A stretch of DNA of 47,667 nt from Myxococcota bacterium (GTDB lineage Bacteria; Myxococcota_A; Polyangia; Polyangiales; Sandaracinaceae), in the NCBI GenBank assembly GCA_036149055.1, contig JAYZQJ010000169.1, forward strand, positions 1 through 47,667, given 5' to 3'. Below are positions 1-10,849 of this stretch, piece by piece. The position numbers were made by a program, and so were the translations under genes. Positions within the stretch are counted from its first letter, which is position 1, and every line of letters starts with the position of its first letter. Below the pieces are notes generated by a model. It was given only the letters and a program-made list of their open reading frames with translations, was not told where the DNA came from and searched no databases.

Positions 1-445
1 GCGCGAGGTCGTTGTCGTCGTCGAGGTCCCGGTAGTTCGGGATGCCGTCGAGATCGAAGTCACCCACCCCCTCGACGCCGTCCGGGTAGCCGTTGTTGTC
101 CGAGTCCGTGTCCCGGTAGTCGGGCGCCCCGTCGAGGTCGGAGTCGATCGGCGGCGTGTCGAGCCGGAGGTCACCCGCCTCGTCGATGTCGAGCAGGCCG
201 TCGCCGTCCGAGTCGGTGTCGCGCCAGTCCTCGATGCCGTCACCGTCGGTGTCGATGCGGTCGCCGCGGAGCTCGTCGTCGTCGGTGATGGTGTCTTCGT
301 CGAAGTCACCCCCCGACGGCACGTCGGCGTCGCCGCCGCCCGCGTCAGGTCGGTTGCCGCCGGTGTCGCAGCCTGCCCCGGCCAGGCCGAGGGTGAGGAA
401 GGAAATGACACAGAGAATCGAAGGGAGGGTGCGTGAAATCTTCAT
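1..445 (-). CDS. Lipoprotein with thrombospondin type-3-like Asp-rich Ca-binding repeats (3' end runs off window)
   Basis: Not in ORF track; manual translation from ATG 445: [26 protein letters not shown] (lipobox) then repeats [62 protein letters not shown]; open to window edge. Confidence 0.85.
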   Translation of the reverse strand, partial: MKISRTLPSILCVISFLTLGLAGAGCDTGGNRPDAGGGDADVPSGGDFDEDTITDDDELRGDRIDTDGDGIEDWRDTDSDGDGLLDIDEAGDLRLDTPPIDSDLDGAPDYRDTDSDNNGYPDGVEGVGDFDLDGIPNYRDLDDDNDLA

Positions 446-551
446 GGCAATCCGCTAAACGAGCGTCTGTAAGGCCCCGGGTAGGTGACGGGAGAAATCT
501 TACTACCGCCGATACCTAACTCCGTCCAGCCGAGCTACGTTCAGGAGCAAT

Positions 552-2369
552 ATGCGTAAGACCGCCACTTGGACTGCCGCGATCGCGGCTCTTCTCCTCG
601 TCCCTTCGATCGCTTTCGGCCTCGTCAGGCTGAGCACTGACGGGGGGTTCGACTTCGACGTCTCCGAGACCGCGGGCGGCCAGCTCCTCAACGGGACGGC
701 GAACGCCTACGACCAGATGTACTACCTGGACGTCGACGGCACTCGCTACAACTCGAGCGGCATGGCGAGCACCATGTCGCTGATGGGGCGGCAGGTCGAC
801 ATGCCGACTCAGACGCTCTCGGGCCTCGAGGTCAGCCGTAAGATCTACGTGCCGGAGATGGGCGGCGACTACGTCCGCTTCCTCGACTCGCTCACCAACC
901 CGGGCGCGACCGACGTCACGGTGACGGTGTCGATCGAAGGCAACCTCGGCAGCAACTCGACCACCAACGTCTACGCCACCGAGTCGGGCGACCGGACGCT
1001 CGACGCCACGGACTCGTGGTTCGGCACCGACGACGCGACCGACGGCGCGGGCACGCCCTCGCTGGCCCACGTGACGATGGGCGCCGGCGGGTCGGCGGTC
1101 CGCCTCGCCTCGGCCCCGGCGCTCACCGGCGCGACGGGCGACGAGCTCGGCTGGTCCTTCGACATCACCGTCCCGGCGGGCGAGACCGTGTCCCTCCTCA
1201 CCTTCGGCGTGCAGGCGGACACCCAGGCCGCGGCGATCGCCGAGGCGCGCCGCCTCGCCAGCCTCCCGGCGGACGCGGTGGTCGGCCTCGACGCCCACCT
1301 CTGCGACATCGTGAACTTCCGCGCCAGCGTGCGCTTCGACGCGCCCTCCGAGGTGGCCGAGGGCACCGACGTGCCGCTCACCGTCAACGTGGCCGGCTGC
1401 GAGACGGCGACGCCGACCTTCAGCTGGGACACCGACGACGACGGCACCTTCGGCGAGCTCGCCGACATGGCCTCCTACACCCTGCCCGGCGCGATGCTCG
1501 ACGGCCCCGACACCGTCCGCGTCGGCGTGCAGGTCATCGACGGCTCGCTGACCACCGAGGCCTTCGCGGTCATCGAGGTCAACAACGTCGCGCCCGAGAT
1601 CACCTCGGCGCCCCGCACCGTCGCCGCCATCCGCAGCGAGTACCGCTACGAGATCGAGGTGGACGACCCGGGCGGCGCGAACGACCCGCTCTCCTACACC
1701 CTCACCGACCGCCCGACCGGCATGACCGCGGTGGGCAACGTGCTCGTCTGGACGCCCGACGCGGCGACCCGCGGCGACTCGTTCCGCGTCGTGGTGCGGG
1801 TCGAGGACGACGACGGCGGTGAGGACGTGCAGATGTTCGAGGTCACCGTGGCCGAGAACAACGTGCCGCCCGCGCCGGTGCCGGTCTCGCCCATCGAGCG
1901 CGAGAACGTCGCCCTCGACGAGCCGGTGACCCTCACGGTCGAGAACGCCGTGGACCTCGACGGCGACCTCCTGGACTACTTCTTCCGCATCTCGCGCCAG
2001 AGCGACTTCACCGGCGACTCGGTGATCGGCTCCGGCGGCATCGCCGAGGGCGAGGGCGGCACCACCTCCTGGACCACCCCCGAGCCGCTCGAGCCCGGCC
2101 TCTGGTACTGGGAGGTCTGGGTCGACGACACCATCGCCGAGGGCCCGCACCGCTTCGCGCAGTTCGTGGTCGGCGAGGGCACCGTGATGACGCCGGACGG
2201 GGGCGTCATGCCCCCGTCGGACGCCGGCAGCATCCCCACGCCCGACTCGGGCACCGGTGGCGGCGGTGGCGGCGGCTGCAGCGTCGGCGCGACCGATCAG
2301 GGCAGCCCGCTCGGGCTCCTCGTCGCCGCGCTGGGCCTCGTCGCCCTCGTCGTGCGGCGCCGCCGCTGA
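552..2369 (+). CDS. MYXO-CTERM-anchored surface protein with PKD/Ig/cadherin-like domains
   Basis: Signal peptide; AGGAG RBS; PKD-like FSWDTDDDGTFG and VNNVAPEITS; C-terminal GGGGGCSVG..PLGLLVAALGLVALVVRRRR sorting motif. Confidence 0.85.
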   Translation: MRKTATWTAAIAALLLVPSIAFGLVRLSTDGGFDFDVSETAGGQLLNGTANAYDQMYYLDVDGTRYNSSGMASTMSLMGRQVDMPTQTLSGLEVSRKIYVPEMGGDYVRFLDSLTNPGATDVTVTVSIEGNLGSNSTTNVYATESGDRTLDATDSWFGTDDATDGAGTPSLAHVTMGAGGSAVRLASAPALTGATGDELGWSFDITVPAGETVSLLTFGVQADTQAAAIAEARRLASLPADAVVGLDAHLCDIVNFRASVRFDAPSEVAEGTDVPLTVNVAGCETATPTFSWDTDDDGTFGELADMASYTLPGAMLDGPDTVRVGVQVIDGSLTTEAFAVIEVNNVAPEITSAPRTVAAIRSEYRYEIEVDDPGGANDPLSYTLTDRPTGMTAVGNVLVWTPDAATRGDSFRVVVRVEDDDGGEDVQMFEVTVAENNVPPAPVPVSPIERENVALDEPVTLTVENAVDLDGDLLDYFFRISRQSDFTGDSVIGSGGIAEGEGGTTSWTTPEPLEPGLWYWEVWVDDTIAEGPHRFAQFVVGEGTVMTPDGGVMPPSDAGSIPTPDSGTGGGGGGGCSVGATDQGSPLGLLVAALGLVALVVRRRR

Positions 2370-2393
2370 TCGCTCCTGCCGAAAGCTCTCGCC

Positions 2394-4877
2394 ATGAAGT
2401 ATCTCCGCGCGCTCTTCGCCCTCTCCTTCCTTCTCGTCGCCGGATGTGACGACGGCTCCATCCCGCCCCCCACCGACAGCGGCGTCCGCATGGACACCGG
2501 GGTCGTGCCCACCGACTCCGGTCCGCCCGAGCCGATGTGCGACAACTGGGAGCGGGACGGGGACGAGACCGGCATCGACTGCGGGGGCTCCTGCCCCGGC
2601 TGCGAGGACGGCAGCCCCTGCACCGCGAGCGACGACTGCGAGAGCGACGTCTGCCAGCGCGGCTTCTGCCTCGTGCCGAGCTGTGACGACGGAGTGCGCA
2701 ACGGGACCGAGACCGGCACCGACTGCGGCGGCGAGAGCTGCCCGCTCTGCGGCGGCGGTGAGCCCTGCACCTCGAACGACGAGTGCCTCTCCGGGCGCTG
2801 CCGCGGCGGCATGTGTGAGGCGTCGTCGTGCGAGGATGGCCGACAGAACTCGGACGAGACCGACGTCGACTGCGGCGGCGCGACCTGCCCGCCCTGCGAC
2901 GGCGGCCTGACCTGCCTCACCCGTGAGGACTGCGTGAGCGGGATCTGCGCGGCGGGCACCTGCACCACCCCGGCCTGCAACGACAGCCGGCAGAACCAGG
3001 ACGAGACCTCGGTGGACTGCGGCGGCGCGACCTGCCCGGGCTGCCGCGACGGCCTCGCCTGCAACATCGACATGGACTGCGAGAACGGCCGCTGCGTCGA
3101 CGGCGGCTGCATCTCGTGCATGGACCGGACGCGCAACGGCGACGAGACCGGCCTCGACTGCGGCGGCACCGTCTGCGACGCGTGCGCCGACGGGCAGACC
3201 TGCGCCGTCGACGGCGACTGCGCCAGCGGCGTGTGCGAGTCCGGGCTCTGCATCTCGTGCGGCGACGGCGTCCAGAACCAGGACGAGACCGACGTCGACT
3301 GCGGCGGCGCGACCTGTGGCGGCTGTCAGAACGGTCTCACGTGCTTCGTCGACGCGGACTGCGCCTCGAACGACTGTGACGGCGGCTTCTGCCGCGGCGT
3401 CGCCGACACCTGCACGGACGCCTTCGTGCTCGCCGACGGCCGCAACGTCGTCAACTGGACCGCGTACACCAACGACTACTGGTCGTCGGCCGCGCCGAGC
3501 TGCAGGAGCTTCAGCACCGTCGACGGGCCGGACCTGGTGATGACCTACACCGCCACGGTGGACGGCATCGTCGAGTACAGCTTCGAGAACCCGGGCGACG
3601 AGACCATCGTCACCGTGGTGACCGACCAGCCGTGCGGCTCGACCACCGAGCTCCACTGCAACGACGTCTTCTCCGGCCCCCTGGCCGGCGACTTCCCGGT
3701 CACCACCGGGACGACGTACACCATCTACTTCCTCGACATGGACAGCTTCCCGGCCAGCGGTCCCCCGGATCCGCTCGTCGTGAACATCCGCGAGGTCGAC
3801 GGCCGCTGCCGCGACGGCGTGGCCAACAACATGGAGACCGACGTCGACTGCGGCGGCCCCATCTGCCCGAGCTGCACCAGCGGCCAGACGTGCGGGATGA
3901 ACGACGACTGCGTGTCGAACATCTGCATGGGCGGCACCTGCAACGCACCGGGCTGCGGTGACGGTACGCAGAACGGCCTCGAGACCGACCTCGACTGTGG
4001 CGGAGGCAGCTGCATGGGCTGCGCGCCCGGGTTGATGTGCATGGTCGGCCGGGACTGCGCGTCCGGCGTCTGCTCGGGCGGCGTCTGCCAGGCTCCGACG
4101 TGCTCCGACGGGGTGCGCAACGGAGACGAGACCGACGTGGACTGCGGCGGACCGATCGGCCCCGGCGGCTGCCCGCGCTGCCCCGACTTCCGGCTCTGCG
4201 ACACCGCCACCGACTGCATGACCGCGACGTGCACCATGGGCGTCTGCGGCACCATCGGCTGCGTCCCGTTCTCTGGCCGCTCCACGGACAGCTTCGGCTA
4301 CTTCGGCTGCACGGTCTCGGGGGCGACCCTCCCGTGCCCCGACATCTCCGTCACGGGCACGCCGGTGACGCTGAGCGACGACGACAACCAGAACGTGCCG
4401 ATCGGCTTCCCGTTCAGCTTCTACGGGACCAGCTACTCGAGCGTGGACATCCAGAGCAACGGCGGGATCACGTTCGACCCCGGCTACCTCACGCTCGGGA
4501 ACACCTGCCTGCCTCGCACCTCCACCCCGCGCAACATGGTCGCCGTCTTCTGGGACGATCTGAACCCCGCCATCTCGGGCGGCCAGATTCGCTACGAGAC
4601 GCGTGGCGTCGCTCCGAACCGCCAGTTCATCGTGCGGTGGGACACTGCGCTCTGCTGCAGCGGGACCGACCGAGGCGTGTTCAGCGTGGTGCTCAACGAG
4701 GGCAGCAACGACATCGACGTGTGCTACCCGGACACCGGCTTCTCGAACGCCAGCCGCGACGCCGGTCTGAGCGCGACCGCCGGGATCAACGGCCCCTCGG
4801 ACTCGCTGGAGTACAGCTGCAACACGGCGGACCTGACCGACGGGCTCTACGTCCGCTACATCCACCCGTCGCCGTGA
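2394..4877 (+). CDS. Lipoprotein with nine Cys-rich (CxDGxxNxxETxxDCGG) repeats, an internal beta domain and a C-terminal nidogen(NIDO)-like domain
   Basis: Lipobox LVAGC; 6+3 repeats; C-terminal LSDDD..VPIGFPFSFYG..SNGGITF..VAVFWDDL. Confidence 0.85.
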   Translation: MKYLRALFALSFLLVAGCDDGSIPPPTDSGVRMDTGVVPTDSGPPEPMCDNWERDGDETGIDCGGSCPGCEDGSPCTASDDCESDVCQRGFCLVPSCDDGVRNGTETGTDCGGESCPLCGGGEPCTSNDECLSGRCRGGMCEASSCEDGRQNSDETDVDCGGATCPPCDGGLTCLTREDCVSGICAAGTCTTPACNDSRQNQDETSVDCGGATCPGCRDGLACNIDMDCENGRCVDGGCISCMDRTRNGDETGLDCGGTVCDACADGQTCAVDGDCASGVCESGLCISCGDGVQNQDETDVDCGGATCGGCQNGLTCFVDADCASNDCDGGFCRGVADTCTDAFVLADGRNVVNWTAYTNDYWSSAAPSCRSFSTVDGPDLVMTYTATVDGIVEYSFENPGDETIVTVVTDQPCGSTTELHCNDVFSGPLAGDFPVTTGTTYTIYFLDMDSFPASGPPDPLVVNIREVDGRCRDGVANNMETDVDCGGPICPSCTSGQTCGMNDDCVSNICMGGTCNAPGCGDGTQNGLETDLDCGGGSCMGCAPGLMCMVGRDCASGVCSGGVCQAPTCSDGVRNGDETDVDCGGPIGPGGCPRCPDFRLCDTATDCMTATCTMGVCGTIGCVPFSGRSTDSFGYFGCTVSGATLPCPDISVTGTPVTLSDDDNQNVPIGFPFSFYGTSYSSVDIQSNGGITFDPGYLTLGNTCLPRTSTPRNMVAVFWDDLNPAISGGQIRYETRGVAPNRQFIVRWDTALCCSGTDRGVFSVVLNEGSNDIDVCYPDTGFSNASRDAGLSATAGINGPSDSLEYSCNTADLTDGLYVRYIHPSP

Positions 4878-4896
4878 GCCTGAGGTGACCCTCCCG

Positions 4897-4934
4897 ACGA
4901 GCCCGGCGCGGTCACGCGTCGGGCTCGTTTCGTT
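4897..4934 (+). terminator. Putative intrinsic terminator
   Basis: 14-bp stem ACGAGCCCGGCGCG-GTCA-CGCGTCGGGCTCGT (one G-U) followed by TTCGTT, just after stop at 4877. Confidence 0.6.
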
Positions 4935-4965
4935 CCGTCGATCGGGGATGATAGTCTCCGCGCCC

Positions 4966-5841
4966 GTGGACGAGCTGCTCCGCCTCCTCGAGCTGATCCG
5001 CCGCGAGCTGGGCGCCGCCGACGTGCGCGCCGAGCTGGGTGGTCAGGCCCCCGACGACCCCTCCGCGCTCTCGACCGAGCTCGCGCCCGGCTGGCGGGTG
5101 GTCGCCCTCTTCGACGCGCCCCCCGCCGACGACGCGGCGGCGAAGCTGGAGGCGCTCGTCGAGCCCTTCGAGGAGGTGGTCGGCCAGATCGAGATCCCGA
5201 AGGTCGGGCTCGGGGCCGCCAAGCAGCGGGAGCTCGACGAGGAGCTCGACGCGCTCGCCGAGCGGACCGGGGCGCGCGCCGCGGTGGTCTTCGACGAGCG
5301 CTCCCCCGTGCTCTGGGGCTGCTCCGCGCCCCGCGCCGCCGGCTGGGACCTCGACGCGATGGAGCGCGCGCGGCTGCTCGCCCGGGACGTCGCCGCCGCC
5401 GGCCTCGACCCCGCGCGCTGGCTCGCCGAGGGGCACGTGCCGTCGGACGAGACCCTGAAGGCGGCGGGCATCGACGAGACCGTCGCCCAGCGCTGGGGCC
5501 ACCGCTTCACCCGCCTCGCCGGCGTGGCGCCTCGCTGGCGGCGCGCCGAGTGGCAGGAGGCGCTGCAGATCGCCACCGCCGTCTCCGCGGCCCGCGCCCG
5601 GTGCAAGGGCGGGCGCGCCCCCGATCGCGTGGCCGACCACGACGAGGACTGGGGGCTCTTCGCCCGCGGCTTCGCCCAGATCTACCTGCTCGCGCTCGTC
5701 TACGACGGCCCCTACTCCGAGCTGCACGCCGAGGGGCCCGCGGTGCGCGCGCTGCCGCACATCGAGACCCTGGTGCTGGCGCTGCCGCCGGTGGAGCCCC
5801 CGCCCCGCGGCGCGAAGGTGATCCCGCTCCGACGCGGATGA
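4966..5841 (+). CDS. Hypothetical protein
   Basis: Coding-like frame; GTG 4966 preferred (TAGTCT 8 nt upstream, and the terminator lies inside the longer 4885 version). Confidence 0.7.
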   Translation: MDELLRLLELIRRELGAADVRAELGGQAPDDPSALSTELAPGWRVVALFDAPPADDAAAKLEALVEPFEEVVGQIEIPKVGLGAAKQRELDEELDALAERTGARAAVVFDERSPVLWGCSAPRAAGWDLDAMERARLLARDVAAAGLDPARWLAEGHVPSDETLKAAGIDETVAQRWGHRFTRLAGVAPRWRRAEWQEALQIATAVSAARARCKGGRAPDRVADHDEDWGLFARGFAQIYLLALVYDGPYSELHAEGPAVRALPHIETLVLALPPVEPPPRGAKVIPLRRG

Positions 5842-5882
5842 CGCTTGCCCTCGGCGCCCCGCTCGCACCATGGTGGCGGCGT

Positions 5883-6395
5883 ATGCTCCAGCTCCCCATC
5901 GAGACCGACCGCCTGAAGCTCCGCCGCCACCAGCCGGACGACCGCGACGCCTTCGTGAAGCTGGTCTGCGACAAGCGCTTCTTCGCGCACCTCAGCGTGC
6001 CCGAGTGGCAGCGCACGCCCGACGGCGCGCGGGAGGTGTTCGACACGATCGTGCAGTCCTACGAGACCGAGGAGCCGGTCTGGGGGCTCACGGTCGCCGA
6101 CCGCGCCTCGGACGCCTTCCTCGGCACGGTCGCCCTGCACCCGATCCCGTTCGGCGAGGCGCTCGAGGTCTTCTACGCGATCGTCCCGCGCCGCTGGGGC
6201 GAGGGCCTCGCGACCGAGGCGCTCTCGGCGCTGCTGCTCGCGGTGCCGGACAAGGCCTTCGTGGCCCTGACCTCCCCCGCCAACGAGGGCTCCAAGCGGG
6301 TCGCGCTCCGGGCGGGCATGACCGACGACGGGATCCACCAGCCCCTCGGCGGCCCCGAGCGCCACCGGTTCGTGCGCGGCCCGATCGGCACGTGA
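5883..6395 (+). CDS. GNAT N-acetyltransferase, RimJ/RimL family
   Basis: IETDRLKLR, RWGEGLATEA, NEGSKRVA motifs; alternative start ATG 5838. Confidence 0.85.
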   Translation: MLQLPIETDRLKLRRHQPDDRDAFVKLVCDKRFFAHLSVPEWQRTPDGAREVFDTIVQSYETEEPVWGLTVADRASDAFLGTVALHPIPFGEALEVFYAIVPRRWGEGLATEALSALLLAVPDKAFVALTSPANEGSKRVALRAGMTDDGIHQPLGGPERHRFVRGPIGT

Positions 6396-6470
6396 GCCCC
6401 GGCGCGGTCGCGTGATTGGACGCTGGCGCCGCGCGCGAACGGCGCCAAGGTCACCAGCGCGAGCCGTTCG

Positions 6471-7676
6471 ATGCCGGTCGACACCCGAAACCTCGTCCTC
6501 TACCTCGGCGCCCGCCTCGCCGGCACGGTCGGCATCCAGGTGCAGAGCGTGGCCATCGCCTGGGAGGTCTACGCGCGCACCGGCGAGCCGCTCGACCTCG
6601 CCTGGGTCGGCCTCGCCCAGTTCCTGCCGCTCGCGCTCCTGAGCCTCTGGGCCGGCAACCTCGCCGACCGCCTCGACCGCCGGCTCATCCTGACCGTCTG
6701 CCGCGTCACCTACGCGCTCGGCTCGCTCGCCCTCGCCTGGTTCGCGCTCCACCCGGAGCACGGGCTCTGGCCCATCTTCTCGGTGCTGGTCCTGCTCGGC
6801 GCCACCCGCGCGTTCGCGGCCCCGGCGGGCTGGGCGCTGCTGCCCTGGCTGGTCGGCCAGGACCGGCTGCCCCGCGCGATCGCGATGAGCTCGACCACCT
6901 TCCAGCTCGCGACCATCGGCGGCCCGATGCTCGGCGGGCTGCTCGTCGCCGCCGGCGGGCCGGCCGTCGCCTACGGCACCGCCGCGGGCCTCGAGGCGAT
7001 CGCGGCGCTGCTCGTGGTGCTCCTGCGCTTCACCGCCCCGGAGCGGAAGGCGCCCGAGGAGAAGGGGCTCGCGCTGCTCTTCAGCGGCGTGCGCTACGTC
7101 TGGCGCGCCAAGATCCTGCTCGGCGCGATCAGCCTCGATCTGTTCGCGGTGCTGCTCGGCGGCGCGGTCGCGCTGATGCCGATCTACGCCCGCGACATCC
7201 TCGAGGTCGGCGCCACCGGCTTCGGCTGGCTCCGGGCGGCGCCCGCCGCCGGCGCGATCGCGGTCGCGCTGGTCCTCGCCTACCGCCCGATCGGCCGCCA
7301 CGCCGGCCGGTGGATGTTCGCCGGCGTCGCGGTCTTCGGCCTCTCGACCATCGTGTTCGGGCTCAGCGAGAGCTTCCCGCTCAGCCTCGTCGCCCTCGCG
7401 CTCCTCGGCGCCGCCGACATGGTGAGCGTCGTGATCCGTCAGTCGCTCGTGCAGATCTGGACCCCCGACGAGATGCGCGGCCGGGTGGGCAGCGTGAGCA
7501 TGATCTTCATCGGCGCGTCGAACGAGCTCGGCGAGTTCGAGTCGGGGGTGACCGCGCAGTGGCTCGGCGCGGTCCGGGCGGTGGTGCTCGGGGGCGTCGG
7601 CACGCTCATCGTCGTCGCGCTGTGGCTGCGGCTCTTCCCCCGGCTCCGCGACGTGGACCGCCTCGAGGACGCCTGA
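6471..7676 (+). CDS. MFS transporter
   Basis: About 12 hydrophobic segments; motif A GNLADRLDRR; TPDEMRGRV; GASNELGEFESG. Confidence 0.9.
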   Translation: MPVDTRNLVLYLGARLAGTVGIQVQSVAIAWEVYARTGEPLDLAWVGLAQFLPLALLSLWAGNLADRLDRRLILTVCRVTYALGSLALAWFALHPEHGLWPIFSVLVLLGATRAFAAPAGWALLPWLVGQDRLPRAIAMSSTTFQLATIGGPMLGGLLVAAGGPAVAYGTAAGLEAIAALLVVLLRFTAPERKAPEEKGLALLFSGVRYVWRAKILLGAISLDLFAVLLGGAVALMPIYARDILEVGATGFGWLRAAPAAGAIAVALVLAYRPIGRHAGRWMFAGVAVFGLSTIVFGLSESFPLSLVALALLGAADMVSVVIRQSLVQIWTPDEMRGRVGSVSMIFIGASNELGEFESGVTAQWLGAVRAVVLGGVGTLIVVALWLRLFPRLRDVDRLEDA

Positions 7677-9071
7677 TCAGACCGCGCTGCACAGCGCCGA
7701 CATGGACTTCTGCGCGTCGCCGAAGAGCATGTAGGTGTTGTCGTGGAAGAAGAGCGGGTTCTGCACGCCCGCGTAGCCCGCGCTCATGCCGCGCTTGAGC
7801 ACCACGACGCGGGCGGCGTTCCAGGCCTCGAGCACGGGCATGCCGTAGATGGGGCTGGCCGCGTCGTCGAGCGCTCCGGGGTTCACGATGTCGTTGGCGC
7901 CGATGACCAGGACGACGTCGGTCTCGGGGAAGTCCTCGTTGATGTCCTCCATCTCGAGCACGATGTCGTACGGCACGCCCGCCTCGGCGAGCAGCACGTT
8001 CATGTGCCCGGGGAGACGCCCGGCGACCGGGTGGATGGCGAAGCGCACGTCGATCCCGTCGCCGCGGAGGCGCTTGGTCAGCTCGTAGACGGCGTTCTGC
8101 GCCCGCGCGACCGCCATGCCGTAGCCCGGCACGATGATCACGCGCCGCGACGCCTTCAGCCAGTCGGCCACTCCGTCGGCGTCGACCTCCTGGATCTCGC
8201 CCTGGTCGCCCGCGTCCTGCGTCGGCGCCTTCACGTCGGCCGTCCCGAAGCCGCCGAAGACGACGTTCAGGATCGAGCGGTTCATCGCCCGGCACATGAT
8301 GATCGACAGGATCGCGCCGCTCGAGCCGACCAGCGCGCCGGTGACGATCAGGAGATCGTTCGCGAGCACGAAGCCCGCGGCCGCCGCCGCCCAGCCCGAG
8401 TAGCTGTTCAGGAGCGAGACGACGACCGGCATGTCCGCGCCGCCGATCGCCATCACGAGGTGCACGCCGAGCAGCGACGCGAGCCCGGTCATGATCCAGA
8501 GCCAGGTGAGCGCCTCCGGGCCGCCCGCGTCCTGCACGAAAGGCACGCCCATGCCGACGATGGCGGCGGCGACGAGCGCGTTGAGCAGGTGTCGCCCCGG
8601 GAGAAGCAGCGGCCGGCCGCTGAGCGAGCCCCGCAGCTTCGCCCACGCGACCACCGATCCGGTGAAGGTGACGGCGCCGACCGCGACGCCGATCCAGATC
8701 TCGACCAGGTGGATCACCTGCGCGACCCCGGTGAGCGGGTCCTCGCCCGGGTCGAGGTGGCTGCTGATGCCGACGAGCACGGCGGCGAGGCCGACGAAGC
8801 TGTGCAGGATGGCGACGAGCTCGGGCATCGCGGTCATGGCGACCCGGCGGGCGACCACCGCGCCGACGACGCCGCCGACGGCGAGGCAGCCGAGCATGAT
8901 CTCGAAGCGCTCGACCCGCGGATCGAGCACCGTGGCCGCCATCGCGATCGCCATGCCGACGAAGCCGAAGAGGTTGCCCTGACGCGCGGTCTCCTGCTTG
9001 GACAGGCCGCCCAGGCTGCGGATGAAGAGCACCCCGGCGACGAGGTAGGCGATGGTCAGCGCGCCGCTCAT
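7677..9071 (-). CDS. pntB: NAD(P) transhydrogenase subunit beta
   Basis: [64 protein letters not shown]. Confidence 0.97.
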   Translation of the reverse strand: MSGALTIAYLVAGVLFIRSLGGLSKQETARQGNLFGFVGMAIAMAATVLDPRVERFEIMLGCLAVGGVVGAVVARRVAMTAMPELVAILHSFVGLAAVLVGISSHLDPGEDPLTGVAQVIHLVEIWIGVAVGAVTFTGSVVAWAKLRGSLSGRPLLLPGRHLLNALVAAAIVGMGVPFVQDAGGPEALTWLWIMTGLASLLGVHLVMAIGGADMPVVVSLLNSYSGWAAAAAGFVLANDLLIVTGALVGSSGAILSIIMCRAMNRSILNVVFGGFGTADVKAPTQDAGDQGEIQEVDADGVADWLKASRRVIIVPGYGMAVARAQNAVYELTKRLRGDGIDVRFAIHPVAGRLPGHMNVLLAEAGVPYDIVLEMEDINEDFPETDVVLVIGANDIVNPGALDDAASPIYGMPVLEAWNAARVVVLKRGMSAGYAGVQNPLFFHDNTYMLFGDAQKSMSALCSAV

Positions 9072-10678
9072 CGGTCGCCTCCGCGGCCGCCTTCATCGGA
9101 GTGTTTGTGGAACATCGCGAGCATGCGCTGGGTGACCAGGAAGCCGCCCGAGATGTTGATGGCCGCCACCAGCACCGCGACCGCGCCGAGGATGGCCGGC
9201 AGATCCAGCTCTCCGCCGCCGACCTGGAGCATGCCGCCGACGATGATGATGCCGCTGATCGCGTTGGTGACGCTCATCAGCGGGGTGTGGAGCGCGGGGG
9301 TGACGCTCCAGATCACCTGCCAGCCGACGAAGCAGGCGAGCACGAAGACCGTCAGGTGCTGGAGGAAGTCGTCGGGGGCGAAGCGGCCGAGCACGAAGAG
9401 CAGGAGCACCACGATCATGCCGCCTACCGTCGTGCCCCAGGCGCGCCGCGCCGGGTTCATGATCTCCTGCTTGGCCGGCAGGTCGGGCGCGCGCTCGTGC
9501 ACGTGCGAGCGGCGGCCCTCGGTCGGCGAGGGCTTCGGGGGCTCGGGCGGCGGGAGCACCTCGCCGGCGTGCACCACGGTGGCGCCGCGCACGATCTCGT
9601 CTTCGAGGTCGAAGGTGAGCTCCCCGTCCTTCACCAGGAGCTTCAGCAGGTTGGCGAGGTTGGCGCCGAAGAAGCGGCTCGCGCTCGCGCCCATGCGGCT
9701 GACGAGATCCGTGTAGCCGACGATCTTCACGCCGCCGTGATCGACGACCTCGTCCGGCCTCGACAGCGCGCAGTTGCCGCCCTGCTCGGCCGCGAGATCC
9801 ACCACCACCGAGCCAGGCTTCATCGCCTCGACGACGTCCTCCGGGACGAGCAGCGGCGCCTTCTTCCCGGGGATGAGCGCGGTCGTGATGAGGATGTCCA
9901 CCTCGGCCGCCTGCGCGCGGAAGAGCGCCATCTCCGCCTCGATGAACTCGGGGCTCATCACCTTCGCGTAGCCGCCGCCGCCCTCCCCGCTCTCCTCGAA
10001 GTCGATCTCGAGGAAGGTGCCGCCGAGGCTCTCGACCTGCTCCCGGGTGGCGAGCCGGGTGTCGAAGGCGCGGACCTCGGCCCCGAGCCCTCGCGCCGCC
10101 GCGATGGCGGCGAGGCCGGCGACCCCGGCGCCGATGACGAGCACGCGGGCCGGCGGCAGCGTGCCGGCGGCGGTGACCTGCGGGGCGAAGAGGCCCTGAT
10201 AGAGCGCGGCCGCCTCGAGCACCGCGCGATAGCCCGCGAGGTTGCCCATCGAGCTGAGCACGTCCATCGACTGCGCGCGCGTGATGCGCGGCACCTTGTC
10301 GAGCGCGATGACGTTGCAGCCCTTGGCGGCGAGCTTCGCGAGCAGCGCCTCGCTCTGCGTCGGGTAGACGAGCGAGACGAGCGTCGCTCCCTCCTTCAGC
10401 CGCTCCGCCTCCTCACCGGTCGGCGGCCGCACCTTCACGACGAGGTCGGACTCCCAGGCCTCGGCCCGCTCTCCGTCGCGATAGCCGCTCGCGGTGGCGG
10501 GCTCGACCATCGTCGCCCCCGCCTCCTCGTAGGCCGCGTCGGGGTAGCCGCTCGCCGCGCCCGCGCCCCGCTCCACGACGACCTCGAGCCCGAGGCCGAT
10601 CAGCTTCTTCAACGAGGCGGGGGCGACGGCGACGCGTCGCTCCCGCTCGTGGCTCTCCCGTACGACTCCGAGTCGAAT
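9068..10678 (-). CDS. pntA: NAD(P) transhydrogenase subunit alpha (single chain; start probably ATT 10678)
   Basis: [50 protein letters not shown]; stop overlaps pntB ATG (ATGA); the nearest upstream ATG/GTG/TTG start is GTG 10816. Confidence 0.93.
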   Translation of the reverse strand: MRLGVVRESHERERRVAVAPASLKKLIGLGLEVVVERGAGAASGYPDAAYEEAGATMVEPATASGYRDGERAEAWESDLVVKVRPPTGEEAERLKEGATLVSLVYPTQSEALLAKLAAKGCNVIALDKVPRITRAQSMDVLSSMGNLAGYRAVLEAAALYQGLFAPQVTAAGTLPPARVLVIGAGVAGLAAIAAARGLGAEVRAFDTRLATREQVESLGGTFLEIDFEESGEGGGGYAKVMSPEFIEAEMALFRAQAAEVDILITTALIPGKKAPLLVPEDVVEAMKPGSVVVDLAAEQGGNCALSRPDEVVDHGGVKIVGYTDLVSRMGASASRFFGANLANLLKLLVKDGELTFDLEDEIVRGATVVHAGEVLPPPEPPKPSPTEGRRSHVHERAPDLPAKQEIMNPARRAWGTTVGGMIVVLLLFVLGRFAPDDFLQHLTVFVLACFVGWQVIWSVTPALHTPLMSVTNAISGIIIVGGMLQVGGGELDLPAILGAVAVLVAAINISGGFLVTQRMLAMFHKHSDEGGRGGDR

Positions 10679-10736
10679 GGCCCACCCCCTCGGGACGAGA
10701 GCATACCCGAGTCCGGACGTCCGAGGCGGAGAGCCC

Positions 10737-10769
10737 TTGACAGAATAATGAGAACCAATATCACTCTCA
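10737..10769 (+). promoter_or_regulatory. Sigma70-type promoter overlapped by a Fur-box-like operator
   Basis: Perfect -35 TTGACA 10737-10742; AATAATGAGAACCAATATC 10744-10762 matches GATAATGATAATCATTATC at 15/19; strongly AT-rich island in a GC-rich window. Confidence 0.75.
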
Positions 10770-10775
10770 CTCAGA

Positions 10776-10849
10776 GTCGGCGGGGGCTGGTCGGAGGCGA
10801 GCGATGGTCGCTCCACCCTCCTCTCTCACTTTCCCCGGCCCCCGCCGAC
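10776..10849 (+). other. Structured 5' leader / candidate regulatory RNA
   Basis: GTCGGCGGGGGC(TGG) 10776-10790 pairs with 10835-10849; inner GGAGG/CCTCC and GAGCGA/TCGCTC helices; unpaired C/U-rich stretch 10822-10834. Confidence 0.45.

Noticed and set aside
516..4865. 1449-aa minus-strand ORF and other very long ORFs (19318-24780, 21450-25391 N-part, 27160-30885, 32373-34535 part, 35702-38743)
   Set aside because: Antisense or frame-shifted shadows of real genes in high-GC DNA; Arg/Ala/Gly-rich with no motifs. Only the noted C-terminal parts are real genes
552..4877. traA/traB kin-recognition locus
   Set aside because: Cys-rich repeats and MYXO-CTERM are on different proteins and no OmpA/beta-barrel TraB is visible
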